Positions 1 to 17,145 are shown, numbered from the stretch's first letter. The stretch is DNA of 64,000 bases from the human T2T-CHM13v2.0 reference genome, Homo sapiens (GCF_009914755.1 NC_060926.1); one strand, 5' to 3'. The notes: a model not told the origin generated them from the sequence alone. A program made the numbers and translations.

Positions 1-52
1 TATCTATCTGTCTATCCTATTGGTCTATTTCTTTGCAGTACCTGACTTACAC
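1..52 (+). mobile_element. 3' end of an MLT2 (ERVL) LTR-like element preceded by (TATC)n
   Basis: TATCCTATTGG...CCTGACTTACACA resembles the MLT2 terminus. Confidence 0.5.
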
Positions 53-1975
53 AGGGACACAGACCCACAGAGAGCAAATGGTAATGTTACATTTGGGACT
101 CTGAAGACAGACAGTCCTCAAGTCTGCCCTTATTTGGGGCTCCTCACTGGGGAAGATCCCACTGAGTCTGAGGACTTGGGGGAATTGTTTTAAGGTGGAA
201 GAGTAGCAACAACTCTGAAGAGCAGAGAGAGGCTGGGAAATTGGAGTCTAAGGACTCCACGTTTACCCCCGCAGAAGTGGGTGGAATGTTCATGTTACTG
301 TCATGTTGCTAGAAAAACCAAAGAGGGAGAGAATTCTTTGTATTATCTACCTCTGCTTTCAAACAGGTTTTTTCCTGGAAGCTGTGGGGCAAGCAGTCAT
401 TTTTACCCTAGTGAGACATGCTTAAGTAAACTCTTTATAGCTTTTTCTCGCTGAGACAAGCTCCACTGGAGGAGAAAGTCTTTCACTGCATGGACACGTG
501 CACAGAAGGGGCAGAGTGCAAGGCTTAACGCCAGAGACTTCTTAGAGGAGAGAAGCTGTGATGGGCACAGCACAGGACAAGCTTGGACGCAGCTCAGGGT
601 ACCAAAGGCCAGAGAGTAAAAGCACTCAATGAAACAAATTAATGTTTTTAAATGCTCTATTTTAATTTTTAACATGCTGACTATCTAGACATATAACCCC
701 TGTAAGCTAAAGCTCTTTAGGGTTTTTTATACTTTTTAGCAGTGTAATGAGCTCCCAGCACCCTTAGGTCTCTTTCTGGCACTGGGATTACTCAGCAGCT
801 TCACCTGGTGCACGTACAGGGAGCTCAGCTGTTCCCAGGCATGAGCGGTGAGTCGACCATCTGCCCCTGAGATTCCCTCATGGCTGGGCCCAGCAAGACA
901 TGGATGCAGGAAAGCTTGTTACGGAATTCCCTGCTGATCTTGCTGGTCGTAAGGGAAGGGCAAAAGTGAATGCCAGCGTGTTGCCAAAGAAGTTAGGGCT
1001 TGGCTGCAAAGGAAGGAAACACACCTAGCTGCTCTGCAGCCCCAGGCTGGTTCTTAGAAAAAGGACCCGAGAAAAAAACCCTACCTCCAGAGCACAGGTG
1101 ACTTTGCTGAAAAAGAGCACACCAAGAAACGCAGGCCTGTGCCCTAACAGAGAGGCTCCAGTCCCACCTCACCCTCAGCACCCACAGCATCTGCCCTTCT
1201 CCCATGAGATTTCAAAGGCAGCCCCTTTCCCTCACCCTGGAGAGGAGACCAGCAAAGGACGGTGAGGGCATCTGGATGGCTGTGGGATAAAGCAGGTGGG
1301 GCCAGTTGCCCCCGGAGCACTGAGAGCCCAGGGATCCATGGAGCTGGGCAGCCAGTGCCCCTCCGGCCATGGATAGGAGGTTGGACAAGATGCCATCAAG
1401 GCCCCCTCCCACCTCTGGGATGTAGCATCTTTGCCAAAGATCAGTGTCCAGTGACTTTGAACACATCCCTGGCCATTTTGTGGTACCTGGTTGCTTGACC
1501 GCATGTGCCTAGGTATTCTTTATTTCTATAACAGTTTGAGGGTATGTGTCCCCTCCCCAGGGTGGAGGGCCAGGCTCAGCCCAAGCTGCCTTCAAATTTC
1601 AAGAGGTCTGAAGCCAGGCTCGGCCTCATGGAGGGCCATGGCCTGCAATCGAGAGGACTGACCTGGACAGGTTCAAGGAAGCTGCCAGAAACTCAGCTTC
1701 AGAAGTCATTGAACCTGCAGGCAGCAACCTAGAGAGGGACCCTGACCTCCCAAGGGCCCACCTGTCCTCCAACAAGACCCCTACTGTTGTAGCAGACAGC
1801 CCTCTTGGCCAGGGCAAGGCTCCAGAAGCTTCCACTGAAGCTGGGGTCCACAAGGGCTGCATGGAGGCATGCTTCCCTAGCCCTTGTGCAAGCCCAGCTT
1901 GAGCCCAGGGTCTGGAACAGAGATCCTCAGCCCAGACTCACGCCTGCCTCTCTCCCTCATCTTCTCCACAAGGAC

Positions 1976-3021
<1,046 letters not shown>

Positions 3022-3137
3022 CAACAATCTTGCTCCAAACTTCCTCTCCAGAGCCCCACTCCAGCTCCTCTCAAGCAGGAGCAGTGCTCAGCCTCGCTGT
3101 GTTGACCGCTAACCTCTTACTCTGGTTCTTTGAGATT

Positions 3138-3779
3138 ATATATTATGGAATTGCTGTTATTTTTCTAGGTGTGATAGCAGTGTTGTGAATAGGTTGGAAA
3201 ACATCTTTATTTTTAGGAGCTGCATCCTGAAGTATTTAAGGGCAAAGCACTATGGTGACACACTCAAATGGCTCAGAAAACAATGTCTGTGTCTGTGTGT
3301 GTAGATATGGGAGGAGGTGAAGCTCATGTATCTGGATGTTAACAGTGGGTGACGCCAGGTGACAGGTGCGTGGACATTCATCACACTGTCACTTCACCTT
3401 CTCTGTAGACTTGAACATTTTCAAAACCCAAAGTTGGGAAAAACAATGATGACTAGATAGCAGTATAAAAATTTTTTGCAAGATAATATTGCACAGAAGG
3501 TAGAGGAGGTAGAAGAATTTTTAGGATGTGAAAAAGCAATTTGTAGTGACTGCTAAACATAAGATACTCAGCCTCACTAAGAATAAGGCAGGTTCAAAAA
3601 CACTGACCATTCTATACACAAAGTGACTGGGTAAGTGAATGCTGCACAACCTGGCAATCTCATTTCTGACTCTATACTGTAAGGCAGTGGTTTTGAAATT
3701 CAGGATTTGACCTGAGGGAGGAGAGGAGTGGGGCAGGGATGGGACAGGGCCTCCTGGCCCCAATTACTAGTTCCTTCTT
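3138..3779 (+). repeat. Inverted duplication, left arm (includes an old L1M 3'-end fragment)
   Basis: Reverse complement of 5730-6357 along its whole length. Confidence 0.95.
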
Positions 3780-4369
3780 GCAAATCTCACATGGCAGCCC
3801 ATGGGGGTCTGGGTCTGGGAAGTACCGCCGCTAACACCACCCTCACGCCACCCCAGCCACCACTGGCCCTGAGAGTCCCCCTCCTTAAGCCCTTTTCTGG
3901 ACATCCTGGGCAGCAGAGTGTCTCCTGCACTGGGAGCCTGTGTGGGTTTTGCCCCAGCCTTCAGACGGCTCCTGAGTGCTGGGCTCGGGGTCACTGGCCT
4001 GGTGCTGAGCCGAGGCAGGGCTCCTGCCTGTGCCCACTGTCCTGCACACGGCTCCCGCCCAGGAGGCCAGGGCAGCCCACACTCAGCTCCACAGCCCAGA
4101 AAATGCCCCAGGGGCTGTATCTTTTGTAATTTCACACCAGATACCATTTGAAGGGTAGGTCAGACACAGGCCTGTCCTCAGAAGCCTAGTCCACAGTCAA
4201 GACCCTGGTCAAAGCCATCACCATTTCTCCTTGAAACCATTATAACTCACTAACAGAGCCCGCCTGGCCCACCCCTACCCCTCCAGCTGAGTCTCTTTGC
4301 AGCAGTCTGGGGGAGCTTTTGAAAATGCAGCTTGGTAAATTGTTCTCAGGTGGCTCCTTTGTGCCTCTT

Positions 4370-4790
4370 CTGTGGCCACAGGAAGCCGTGACTGGGCTTT
4401 CCTGCTATTCCAGGAAGAGGAGAAGACAGGTGCAGCGAACTGAGCACCAGCTGCACCCAGCCTAGACCAGCCAAACTCCAACTGACCCTGAGCTGCACCA
4501 GCAAGCCCAGTGAAGACCAGCAGAGCCACCCAGCACAACCCAGCCACCTCGGGATCGGCTGACCCTCACCTGACCCCAAGATGCATGAGCAAGCCAGGCA
4601 GAGACCAGCAGAGCTGCCCTATAAGAGCTGCCACAAAGCCCAGCTGACATTCAGCTGACACCACAGGGAATCCAGCTAAAATCAACAGAGCCACCAGCTG
4701 AAGCCAACCAGGCAAAATCAGCCAAGCCCCAGGCAACCTACAGACTTGCTGCCAACAAGACTGAGCTGCTCAGTGAGTGGATGAGGCCTG
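4370..4790 (+). mobile_element. Degenerate MLT1-type MaLR LTR with internal reiterations
   Basis: Recurrent AGCAAGCC...AGACCAGCAGAGC units typical of MLT1H/I/J-like LTRs. Confidence 0.5.
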
Positions 4791-5729
4791 GGACCCCACG
4801 GCACAATGACCAGCCCCCACATTGCAGAGGAGCTCTGGTGGCCCTCGTAGCACGCCCCATACAGCATCTTATAGCCCTAAGAGCATCTCTCTGGACAGCA
4901 TTATCCTGAAGGACTTCCGTGTCATCACACACTTCACTCCATGCAGGAGGAATTTGAAAATCCTGATTTCCATGCTCATTGTGGGATGGCACGATCTTCA
5001 AATGTGAAAGCTGGAAATCCCATTTACTTCTTCCCTAGTTTTTGGAGGTGAAATTCAAGAAGTTGAAACCCCTAGTGGAGCCCTCCAGGATGGTCTCACA
5101 CCCTTCCCATGCACACCATGGAGGGGCTGAATCAGGAGTGTCCTGCGGCCTTTGTGGGCAGGAGGAGGCCTCCAGGGCCACAGAAGGAGAGCTGAGGCCA
5201 GAGAAGAAAGACCATCACCAGTGTTGACAGCCTACCAATTCTCCTCAGAGGAGCTTCCTAACCTTTGACCCTTCAATGGACTGGGGCTGTGAAAATGCAT
5301 TGATTCCCTTATTTCTCATGGCAACTGGCCAGGGCCCCGGTGGCCAGAGCGCTAGGCCATCATCTCAGCCTGCAGCAGCCTGCCTGTGTCCCTGGGGGTG
5401 CAGGAGGAGGGATTTATTTATTATCAGAGTCTGTGGTGTCGGATTGAGAGTAAGGTTGGGAAGCACCTTTCACGCGCTCGTTCCCCTCCCACCTCGATGA
5501 GGTCTGGCTTGGTTCCAAGCGGAATGTTCCCATGTTCTCTGCAGTCTGTGGACAGAAGGGTCCTGGCTGCCTGAGGGTTATAGCCATGGACTCTGGGCCA
5601 TGGAGGGGCCACTGACAGCAAGAGGCTCTCAAGGTACTGGTCCTGGAGAGGCTGTATCAGGCAGAAGCAGCTTTTCTGGGGACCCTGGGCAAGACCCAGA
5701 CCCCCGTGGACTGCCTCGAGAGACAGTGA

Positions 5730-6357
5730 AAGAAGGAATGAGAAATCGGGACCATGAGGCCCTGCCCCATCCTTGCCCCACCCCTCTCCTCCCTCAGGAC
5801 AAATCCTGAATTTCAAAACCACTGCTTTACAATATACAGTCAGAAATGGGATTGGCGGGTTGTGCAGTATTCACTTAGCCAGTCACTCTGTGTGTAGAAT
5901 GGTCGGGGTTTTCGTATCTGCCTTATTCTTAGTGAGGCTGACTACTTTACGTTTAGCAGCCACTACAAATTGCCTGTTCATCCTAAAAATTCTTCTATCT
6001 CCTCTACCTTCTGCGCAACATTATTTTGCAAAAAAAATTCATGCTGCTATCTAGTCATCATTGTTTTTCCCAACTTTGGGTTTTGAAAATGTTCAAGTCT
6101 ACAGAGAAGGTGAAGTGACAGCGTGATGAACGTCCACGCACCTGTCACCTGGCATCACCCACTGTTAACATCCAGACACATGAGCTTCACCTCGGCCCAT
6201 GGACAGACACATTGTTTTCTGAACCATTTGAGTGTGTCACCATAGTGCTTTGCCCTTAAATATTTCAGGGTGCATCTCCTAAAAATAAGGGTGTTTTCCA
6301 ACCTAATCATAATACTGCTATCACACCTAGAAAAATAACAGTAATTCCACAGTATAT
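5730..6357 (-). repeat. Inverted duplication, right arm
   Basis: Reverse complement of 3138-3779; ORF-track peptides 3521-3763(-) and 5773-6054(+) are near-identical for this reason. Confidence 0.95.
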
Positions 6358-6516
6358 GGTATACCACCCATCTTTAAAATGTTCTAGTTTCCCCCCCCAA
6401 AAAAAATGTCTTACAGGTGTTTTCTCCTACAGATAAGGTGGAGGAAAAAGGAAGGACTCAGTTATGTGGCTGATGTCTAATGGGCCATTATATAACATAG
6501 TTTTGAGCAAGAGTGA

Positions 6517-7176
<660 letters not shown>

Positions 7177-7205
7177 CAGGCAGTTTAATTTTTACCAGAA
7201 TGAGT

Positions 7206-7654
<449 letters not shown>

Positions 7655-7743
7655 TCAGGTGGTTCCTTATCTCCAGTCACATCACCAATTTTGATCCATA
7701 GCCAAAGCTATGTTGTCTAATGCAAGGTTAGAAAACCTTTCTG

Positions 7744-8086
<343 letters not shown>

Positions 8087-8089
8087 TTA

Positions 8090-8290
8090 TGGAGTCCATG
8101 ACACACATTGTGTTGAGCTCTTGTGCACAATCTCATATCTTCACAGCAACCCTGAGAGTGGTTAGCATCCCCATTTTACAGAATGGAAAACTGAGGCTCA
8201 TGATGCTTAAGTGTTACTTACCCTTACTTATCAGAGTCGAGAATCCAAACCTGAGCCTTTGAACTCCAAAACCCACATACTTGTTACAAA
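8090..8290 (-). mobile_element. MIR fragment
   Basis: CCCATTTTACAGAATGGAAAACTGAGGCTCA core. Confidence 0.7.
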
Positions 8291-8918
8291 GATAGGTGAC
8301 AGAACCCACTTCGTGCTAGGGTGCCGAGTGGCGAATTCGAGATGTGCATTTCAAAGAGTGCTGGCCCAGTCCCCGTGCCTCCCGCTGGGAAGGTGTCCGG
8401 TCATGCTGGAGCATGAGAATGAGCAGTGTTTCATGGATTTGCCGGGAGATACTGAGGATTTGTTTTTGTTTCATCTCAACTCTCACATATAAACAATATG
8501 AGAATATTATCTTCGTCCTTCACAGAGCATTATACTATCTCCGGAGTATTATGAATAATACAGCTGTCAGTGAAATCAAATAAGTGGATAAGGGGTAAAG
8601 AACCGGGCACTATCATATTTCCTCTCCACAATGGGGTGTTGCTGTTGAATCAATCCCAGCCATAGTCATCACGTATTGATTACATTTAACCAAAATTCCA
8701 GGAATATGTGAACTTCAGCTGCATGTTCAAATTAAGATATTTTCTTTTCCCATAGCAGGCTCTGAGCTATATGATTTTGGAACTGGAATTACAAGATGAC
8801 ATAGTGTCATTTGATAATTAGGCTAATGATACTACCTGCTTAAAAATGTACACAATTTAAATGAACGGCATTTAGGAGTCTGATGATTGGTCTATTTCTT
8901 GTGGATTTTCTGTTGCGG

Positions 8919-9027
8919 ACTGCAACTCACATAGGCTATGCATTTGTGGAGTTTGAGTCTGAGGGTGTTTGCAGCATAGTTGCTGAAACAATGAACAACC
9001 GCCTTTGTGGTGAGAGACTCTTGGAGT
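8919..9027 (+). pseudogene. NIFK (MKI67IP)-like unprocessed pseudogene, RRM exon ([36 protein letters not shown])
   Basis: RNP-1-like GYAFVEF motif plus [15 protein letters not shown], matching NIFK as I recall it; donor T|GTAAGT at 9028; acceptor reads GG (8917-8918) instead of AG. Confidence 0.88.
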
Positions 9028-9319
9028 GTAAGTGCTCCTGTCTTACTGCGGGGTTGCCTAAGTGCCTGCTGCTGGTGGGTGACTGTGGTGGGAAGGGCGG
9101 CTTGCCTAGCTGCTTGGACATGCCACTTCATCTCTGGGATGACTCTTACAGAATGGTGCAAGGATTTCAGTGTATGCTGCAGGCAGATTCTAATTGGAAT
9201 TTTAAAATCTCCCAGCCTGAGAGCTGTTTTTACCCTAAATGGAGCTGGACAAGTTACCTTGGGGACCCATGGGAGGAGCAGCTAACCCATCCTTATGGGC
9301 TGTGAAAGGCTTCTCTGAA

Positions 9320-9680
9320 GAAGTAGCATTGACATTAAAACCTGGAGACTAAACAGGAGTGAGCCAGGTGAAGGGGACAGGAGTGAAGACAGACCATTCC
9401 TGGCTGAGGGACAGTGAATGCCTAACCAGAGGTGCCTAACCATTTGGCTGTGAGGTAATGTGAGGAAAAGTACCAAGAGATGAGGGAGCAGGAAGAGGCT
9501 TCAGGTCAGGTTACTGAAGGCCTTCTAAGTCAGCGAGTTCAGAATTTATCCTGAGGGCACTGGGGATAGAATCAAAGGTCAGGAATCGCATTGCAAAATC
9601 CATCTAAATGGCAATGGCTGCAGCTCTTCCACGTGAGATAAGCCAGGGGGAGTGGAGGAGTGACAGCACCAGATGAGTAG
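9320..9680 (-). mobile_element. L2-like fragment
   Basis: GAATTTATCCTGAGGGCACTGGGG and related L2-type phrases; heavily diverged. Confidence 0.45.
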
Positions 9681-10151
9681 TTCATCCTGCAGAAAGGAGC
9701 CAGTGCAGCCCCCTACCCTGCAGTCCATAAGGTGCAGACAGCATCCCTGTCCAGATCCTGCTGCCCTTGGGAGGCAAAGCGAAGTTTCTGGCCTCCCTGT
9801 GCCCATGGCGGCCTGTGGCCATCTTAGGTACCCAAGTTCACAGGCATCTGCCCAAACAGCTGGCGAGGCTGCCCAGGTGGCATCTCTCTGTCCACTTCCC
9901 ATAGCTGTGAGAGAAGCTGACTGCCTAGCTGAGGTCATGGGTTCATTCTCACATTAAAAGCATGGCTCTTGCCAAGAGGAAATGAGCTGGGTAGGTGCCC
10001 TGAAAATTGTCGACCGCACGTACCAGGTCGGTGCTGTGCTGTGTTGGACTTGAGAAAAATAGCTGAAAGGACTCTGAATGTAGAGTTGGGGATTGTTGCT
10101 CCTGTCTAACAGCACTGACGAACTCCACTAGGGCAGAACTGGCTCATCGAA

Positions 10152-10610
10152 TAAGGGAGGAGACCACCCCTCATATTGTCTTATGCCCAATTTCTGCCTC
10201 CAAAGAAAGAAGAAGTAAAAACTAAAAGGCAGAAATGAAATCCACAGGCAGACAGCCCTGCGCCACACCCTGGGCCTGGTAGTTAAAGATCGACCCCTGA
10301 CCTAATCAGTTATGTTATCTATAGATTACAGACGTTGTATGGAAAGGCACTGTGAAAATCCCTGTCCTGTTCTGTTCCATTCTTACCTGTGTATGCAGCC
10401 CTCAGTCACGTACCCCCTGCTTGTTCAATCAATCACGACCCTCTCACGTGGACCCCCTTAGAGTTGTAAGCCCTTAAGAGGGACAGGAATTGCTCACTTG
10501 GGGAGCTCAGTTTTTGAGACGTGAGTCTTGCCTATGCTCCCGGCCGAATAAAGCCCTTCCTTCTTTAATTCGGTGTCTGAGGGGTTTTGTCTGCAGCTCG
10601 TCCTGCTACA
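10152..10610 (+). mobile_element. Solo LTR2 (HERV-E/Harlequin family)
   Basis: Starts TAAGGGAGGAGACCACCCCTCATATTG, AATAAA at 10547-10552, ends CGTCCTGCTACA; low divergence from the consensus as I recall it. Confidence 0.85.
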
Positions 10611-10693
10611 CTATCACTCTGACATGAGATCAACTGTGGCATCTTGATTATGCTGTGGGAAATGGCACCAGGAGATTCTAAAGTGAACGTTAA

Positions 10694-11573
<880 letters not shown>

Positions 11574-12289
11574 GTATACACTGCTTCATCAACTCTTTGT
11601 TGTTTGGAGGGATGATGGGAGAGTTGTAGCTCACTGGTTGCAATGTAGTGTTGGGGGTCCCAGGCCACACTTTGGAATTGTTCTTGAAAACTAGTATGAC
11701 CTAAACGTGCACTCCTGCACACGAAGGGTGCCCACGCAGCTTGCCATTCCTTTCAAAGGACCAGGCCTCACCATCCGCCAAACATGCATTTACTAACTTG
11801 TGGACACTTACTAATGTGGTCCTAAGCTATCTCTTCACCCGTATGAATTTGCATTTTTTTGATGACCAGCAAGATGTAACTACACAGTATGCAGTGACTG
11901 CCAGTCTGAGAAGAATGAGACTTCCTCAACGTCTATACTGGTTCGAAAATTGACAGTGAAGTAAAAAGAGGAAAAAAAAGCAAAAGACAAATGACTGAGT
12001 TTCTCACAGTTCCACTGGGAAGAATTAGAGTTCCTGAGAGACGGTCCTCCACATTCAGATGAAATCATGCCTGCCCATATGAATCACCTGCAAAGCACAG
12101 CAAAGTAAAGCTCAAGTCATGACGTGAATACAAGCTAGGCCTCGGATTTCCCTCAAAGCAAGGGAAGGAGACTCTCCCAGCTGGCTTCCTCATGTTCTCA
12201 CTCTTGGCAACCAGGCCTCACTGGGGATTTGTCACGTTCCTAAGCCAAGTATATTTTCCCTTCCATTCTTTTCTTAAAAGAATAATAGC

Positions 12290-12870
<581 letters not shown>

Positions 12871-14589
12871 TAGTATGTACAGCTATTATGAATCCACAAA
12901 ATTTAAAAATTTTAAACTTAAAAAAATGTTAACTAAATATGAACCCCACAGTTCCAGGCATGTCTCTGTTCATAGAAACTGCCTCTGGGGTCCATCCTCC
13001 TGTGTCTTCGTGGGCCATCAACCTTCCAGAACCTTCCATAGCTGCAACTTCTGAGAAATGAAAATGTAGGTCATGAGTCAGGGGGCCTCCAAGTCCCCTC
13101 GGGCTCCAGTCCCCTCCACATCCCAGCATGATGTGGGAACCCCTCTGGGTAGCTTCCTGGTCATTCTTGAGTGCTCTCCGGGCAGGCTGGACATCCCTGG
13201 GCTTAGAGAAGGGCCCTAAAGCCCACAAGGTGTGGACGGACAGTTTGACCCAGCACTGCCTGAGATGTCCAACCAAGCAGCCCCATCTAGTGGGGGACAG
13301 GAGGAGTGAGCGCCCCCCCACCCTGTGCCCCTACTAGAGCCCTGGCACCCACCCACCCCCTCCCATTCCCACCTGGCACTCCCACCAGTCCTGGGTCCTC
13401 AGCAGCATGAGAGGCGGCAGGTGGTGTAGAAGGCACGAGGGCTCCAGAGGCAGACAGCATACAATAGGTGTTCACTAAACACCTGTTGAATGTGTGGACC
13501 GCTTGGATGCAAACCTAGACCTGTGATGTATGCTCATGACGGTTTTGAGTGAGCTTTTACTATCTCCAAGCCTCTGTTTTCTTATCTAAAAACAGGGGGT
13601 AAAAACAGTATTTCAGGGAGCTGTGGTGAAGACTGAGAGACAGAAAGGAGGAAAATGTCCCTGGGACACAGCAAGCCCCAGCAAAAGGCGGCACTCCTCA
13701 GCTGTGGTTGTCCGAAACTAAAGGCGGTGGGCAAGTGCAGCCAGAGAAGTCCCCAGAGAAGGCTCTTGAGGAAAAGTGTGTGCAAGTCCCTAGGGCAGAG
13801 GTGGAGAGGAGGAAAGGTGTCTACGCCTTCCTTTCAAGGACAGGGGGTGAGGAGACAAGATAGACTCAGGGTGGGAAAGAGGAGCCTCCTTTTTGCTTCT
13901 GCACCAAACCCAGGAGAGCTCCACCGAGCTCCGTCTAAGGCAGAGACGACAGGTCTCACTGTGCAAGGCAGGGATGCCCTGGGCTGTGGGAGCTGCCAGT
14001 GGGTGGGGCCTGCACACGTGGTCTGGGAGCAGTAACCCTGGAGACATCCTCTAGGCACGTGTGAGGCCTGGGAGACTCGGCAAGGAGGAGGGCTGAGAGC
14101 AGTGAAGTGTAGGGACAATGTATTAACAACAGGCTCAAACCCCTGTCCAGAGGCTGGGAGGGCTGTAGCAACTGATTACGGAGGGTCTTGCAAATGACTT
14201 ACATAAACATGGGAACTGCAGTTGCCAAAACTGTGAACAGCACGATGCAGTCATTCCATGTCTGAGTTAACAAATCCAGGATATAAAAATGATCCAACAG
14301 GAGGAAGAACAGGCTAAAACCAGCAAAGATAACATTTGGCAAGGACAAATAGAAAGCCAGAGATTCAGGTCACTAAATGCGGGGTAGGGGAGCAGAAGAG
14401 AAGGGCAGGTCCCATGGGAGGAGAGGCAAAGGGTGAATTTTTCTCCAGCAGCTTGGGCGGGGTGGCACCTGGCCAGAGGCTTGTTAGAGTTCGTGATGCT
14501 GCATGCTAGGAAAAGATGAGTCTGGCCTGTCCGGGGCCTGCTCTCGGAGACAGGAATGGAAACACAGGGGAGGGGCAGTGGACGCTGAT

Positions 14590-15260
14590 TCGTAGCTGTG
14601 TAATTGACAGTTTGGCTGGTCCTTGTCCCTAGGTCCTGGGAGGTTGCCTCTAAACCCTTATTATTCATGGTGGATCCTTGAGCTACAGCCCATGGTTTAT
14701 GCTAGCAAGGTAACTCAGGATGGGGGGCCACCAGGCCAGAAAGACCAACCGTGTAAGGAGAGGGTTGGGGCTTTGAGATGTCAGCCTGACCCGGGCTAAG
14801 GGAGAGGGGCTCGAAATGAAGTCCCGTGAGCTGTGATCCGATCAACCACGCCTACATAATGAAACCCAGTAAGAACTCCAGACGTCACAGCTCCGGTGAG
14901 TTTCCCTGGGCGACAGCACTCTGTGCACCGTCACACACAATGTGCGGGAAGACAGTCGTGTCTGGGAATGACGGAAGCTTCGTGTTTGGGACACTCCCAG
15001 GCCTCACTCATGCATCTTTCCCTTCGGCTGGTTCTGACTTGTATCTTTGTGTTTATAATAAAACTGTAATCCTAAGCATCGTGCTTTCTTGAGTTCCCTG
15101 AGTCATTCCAGTAAATTATCCAGTAAATTACCAAACCCCGATTCCTGAATTTGTAGCCACCCAAGGGTGACCTGCCACCAAACTTGTGGCTGGAGTCTGT
15201 AGGAAGACAGTCTTACGGGGACTGTGTCCTTAACCTGTGAAGTGTGGCCCAGACGTCACC
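14590..15260 (+). mobile_element. MER21-type LTR
   Basis: GCCTCTAAACCCTT, CAGAAAGACCAACC, CACGCCTACATAATGAAACCC and AATAAAACTGTAATC phrases. Confidence 0.7.
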
Positions 15261-17145
15261 GAAACAGTGCTTACTGATTTCCATCGTGTAAACAGTCCTG
15301 CCACGACTGTTTCAATGCTCGCTTAAAACAGAACCATCAGCTCCCTCAAGCCAGCGTGGCATGAACCAGTGCCAGCACACGGCCGGGTAGGGGCAGAGCT
15401 GAGCGGCTCCAACACAGCTGAGAGGAGGCGGAGACAGAAGCCCCGGGGAGCAGTCAGGAGCATAAGGGAAGAAGCACGGAAAGAAAGGAGCTGTGTCGGA
15501 GGAGGCTCAGTCGGCAGAGGCTCTGAGATAGAGAAAAGATGTGTAGATGGGGAGGAGGGAGGGAAGCCAGCTCAGAGAGAGTGGTGGTGCAAACAGGCCC
15601 AACGTTCTTCCCATGGGCCAGGCACCACCCCAGGACAACTCCAAGAGGTCGGTGTAAGGTCGGTGTAGTCATCAGCTGGAGAGCCTGGGGCACCGAGGTC
15701 CAGCCGCTTGAGAAAGTCCTGCCGCTTGTCAGCGAGGAAGCCAGGATTTACACCCAAGCCTGCACACCATGCCACATGTGTCCCCACTGTGACCTGGACT
15801 TCATTTCCGCTTCTGTTGCATTTTCCCCAATCTGCACTCCCTTCTGTAATGGTGCAATCCTTCATGGGCACATGATTCCAGTCCTCGCTTCCCTGATGAC
15901 TTCCTGGAACCCCACTAAACTGGGGCTCAGAACTGAAACCATTTCCCCACCCTCGGATTAAATGCACTGCAATAGGGCTGGGCGGTCACTTTGCGGCAGG
16001 CTGCTTCATCAACAGTGTGAGGCAGATACGCAGAGAGGCACCCTTTACGGAGGCCCAGCTATGTGCCAGAGGCCGTGTGTCCATGAGCACATCCAATCCT
16101 TATCAAGCAGAATGGCTGTGGCTATCCCTGGTCTTTAAGGAAAGACCTCAGGGCCCTGGAGTGCTTGCCAAAGCCAAGCGCTAGACAGCATGGAGGACTG
16201 GACGGACGCCGGCCCTGTCTGTCTGCATCAGAAGCCCAGAGGACTCCACGTGTCCTGCTACTCATTTTGGGAGCTTCAGGCAGGGTGAGGGAATGAAGCA
16301 TCTGGGGATGCACAGTCCAGCAGCGACGTTCGGGACAATAACAAGGGCAGATCCGGGTCTCTGGTTCCAGCAGCCTCCTGTGCCCACAGTGCAGATGCTG
16401 GGATGGTGCTCCCCGTGCTCTCCACACGGCCTCCAGAGGCAGAGCTGCTGGGTGTTGTCTCCTCAGGGAACCCCCCCACCCCCCGCCGTGCGCCTCTGGA
16501 ATCATCTATTGATGGAAATGGCTTCCACATCCTGACAGGGTGTTACTTCTCCTTCTCTCTATGTCTACTAAAAGCCCACACACTTTGTTGCTGTTGCTTT
16601 CTTTTTAAAAGCTTGGCTATAAGCGAAATACATTCTGGCCACATTTCCCCCCCACACAGAAGGCAATTTCAGAAGTCTTTGGGGGTCCCTGGAGGGTGCC
16701 CACTTGCCGTGGCTGCTCCAATCCCACGTACGACATTCATGACTCAGACTTGAGGGGACCAGGAGACACTCTGGAAGTGACATGGTGATCCTAGGTTTTC
16801 ACTAAGTCTGTAATTTAGAAATCCACATGTGGTGCTATCAACACAATTGCCTACCACATAGCTGACATTTAAAACCCACGCCACGTCCCTGGCGTATCGC
16901 GGTGGTGGTGCCACACCGTCCTGAGGCTGACAGGGCTCTCTTGATGGTGCAGCCCTCTCTGCGGAGCCTCCTGATCCACTGTCCACATCCACGCATTGGC
17001 CACAGCAGATCTGGGCCCTCGGCAGAGAGACCGAGATGAAACAAGCCAGTGCGGTTCTAAGTATAGTTCTATTGGAAAGTGTTTATTATATAAGAGCTAA
17101 ATTATAAATCAGAGCCTGTATATAAAACAAAGCATTTGGCAGTGA

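Noticed and set aside
4430-4750. Irregularly spaced AGACCAGCAGAGC-type repeats as a CRISPR-like array
   Set aside because: No constant repeat or spacer length; resembles internal reiterations of MLT1-type LTRs; eukaryotic context.
3521-6054. Paired similar peptides (SGQILNFKTTALQY...) as a small gene family
   Set aside because: By-product of the inverted DNA duplication; the ORFs differ in length and show no recognisable domain.
8883-9305. 140-aa ORF containing the NIFK-like motif as an intact gene
   Set aside because: Similarity is confined to 8919-9027; the rest is intron read-through and the next exon is disrupted.
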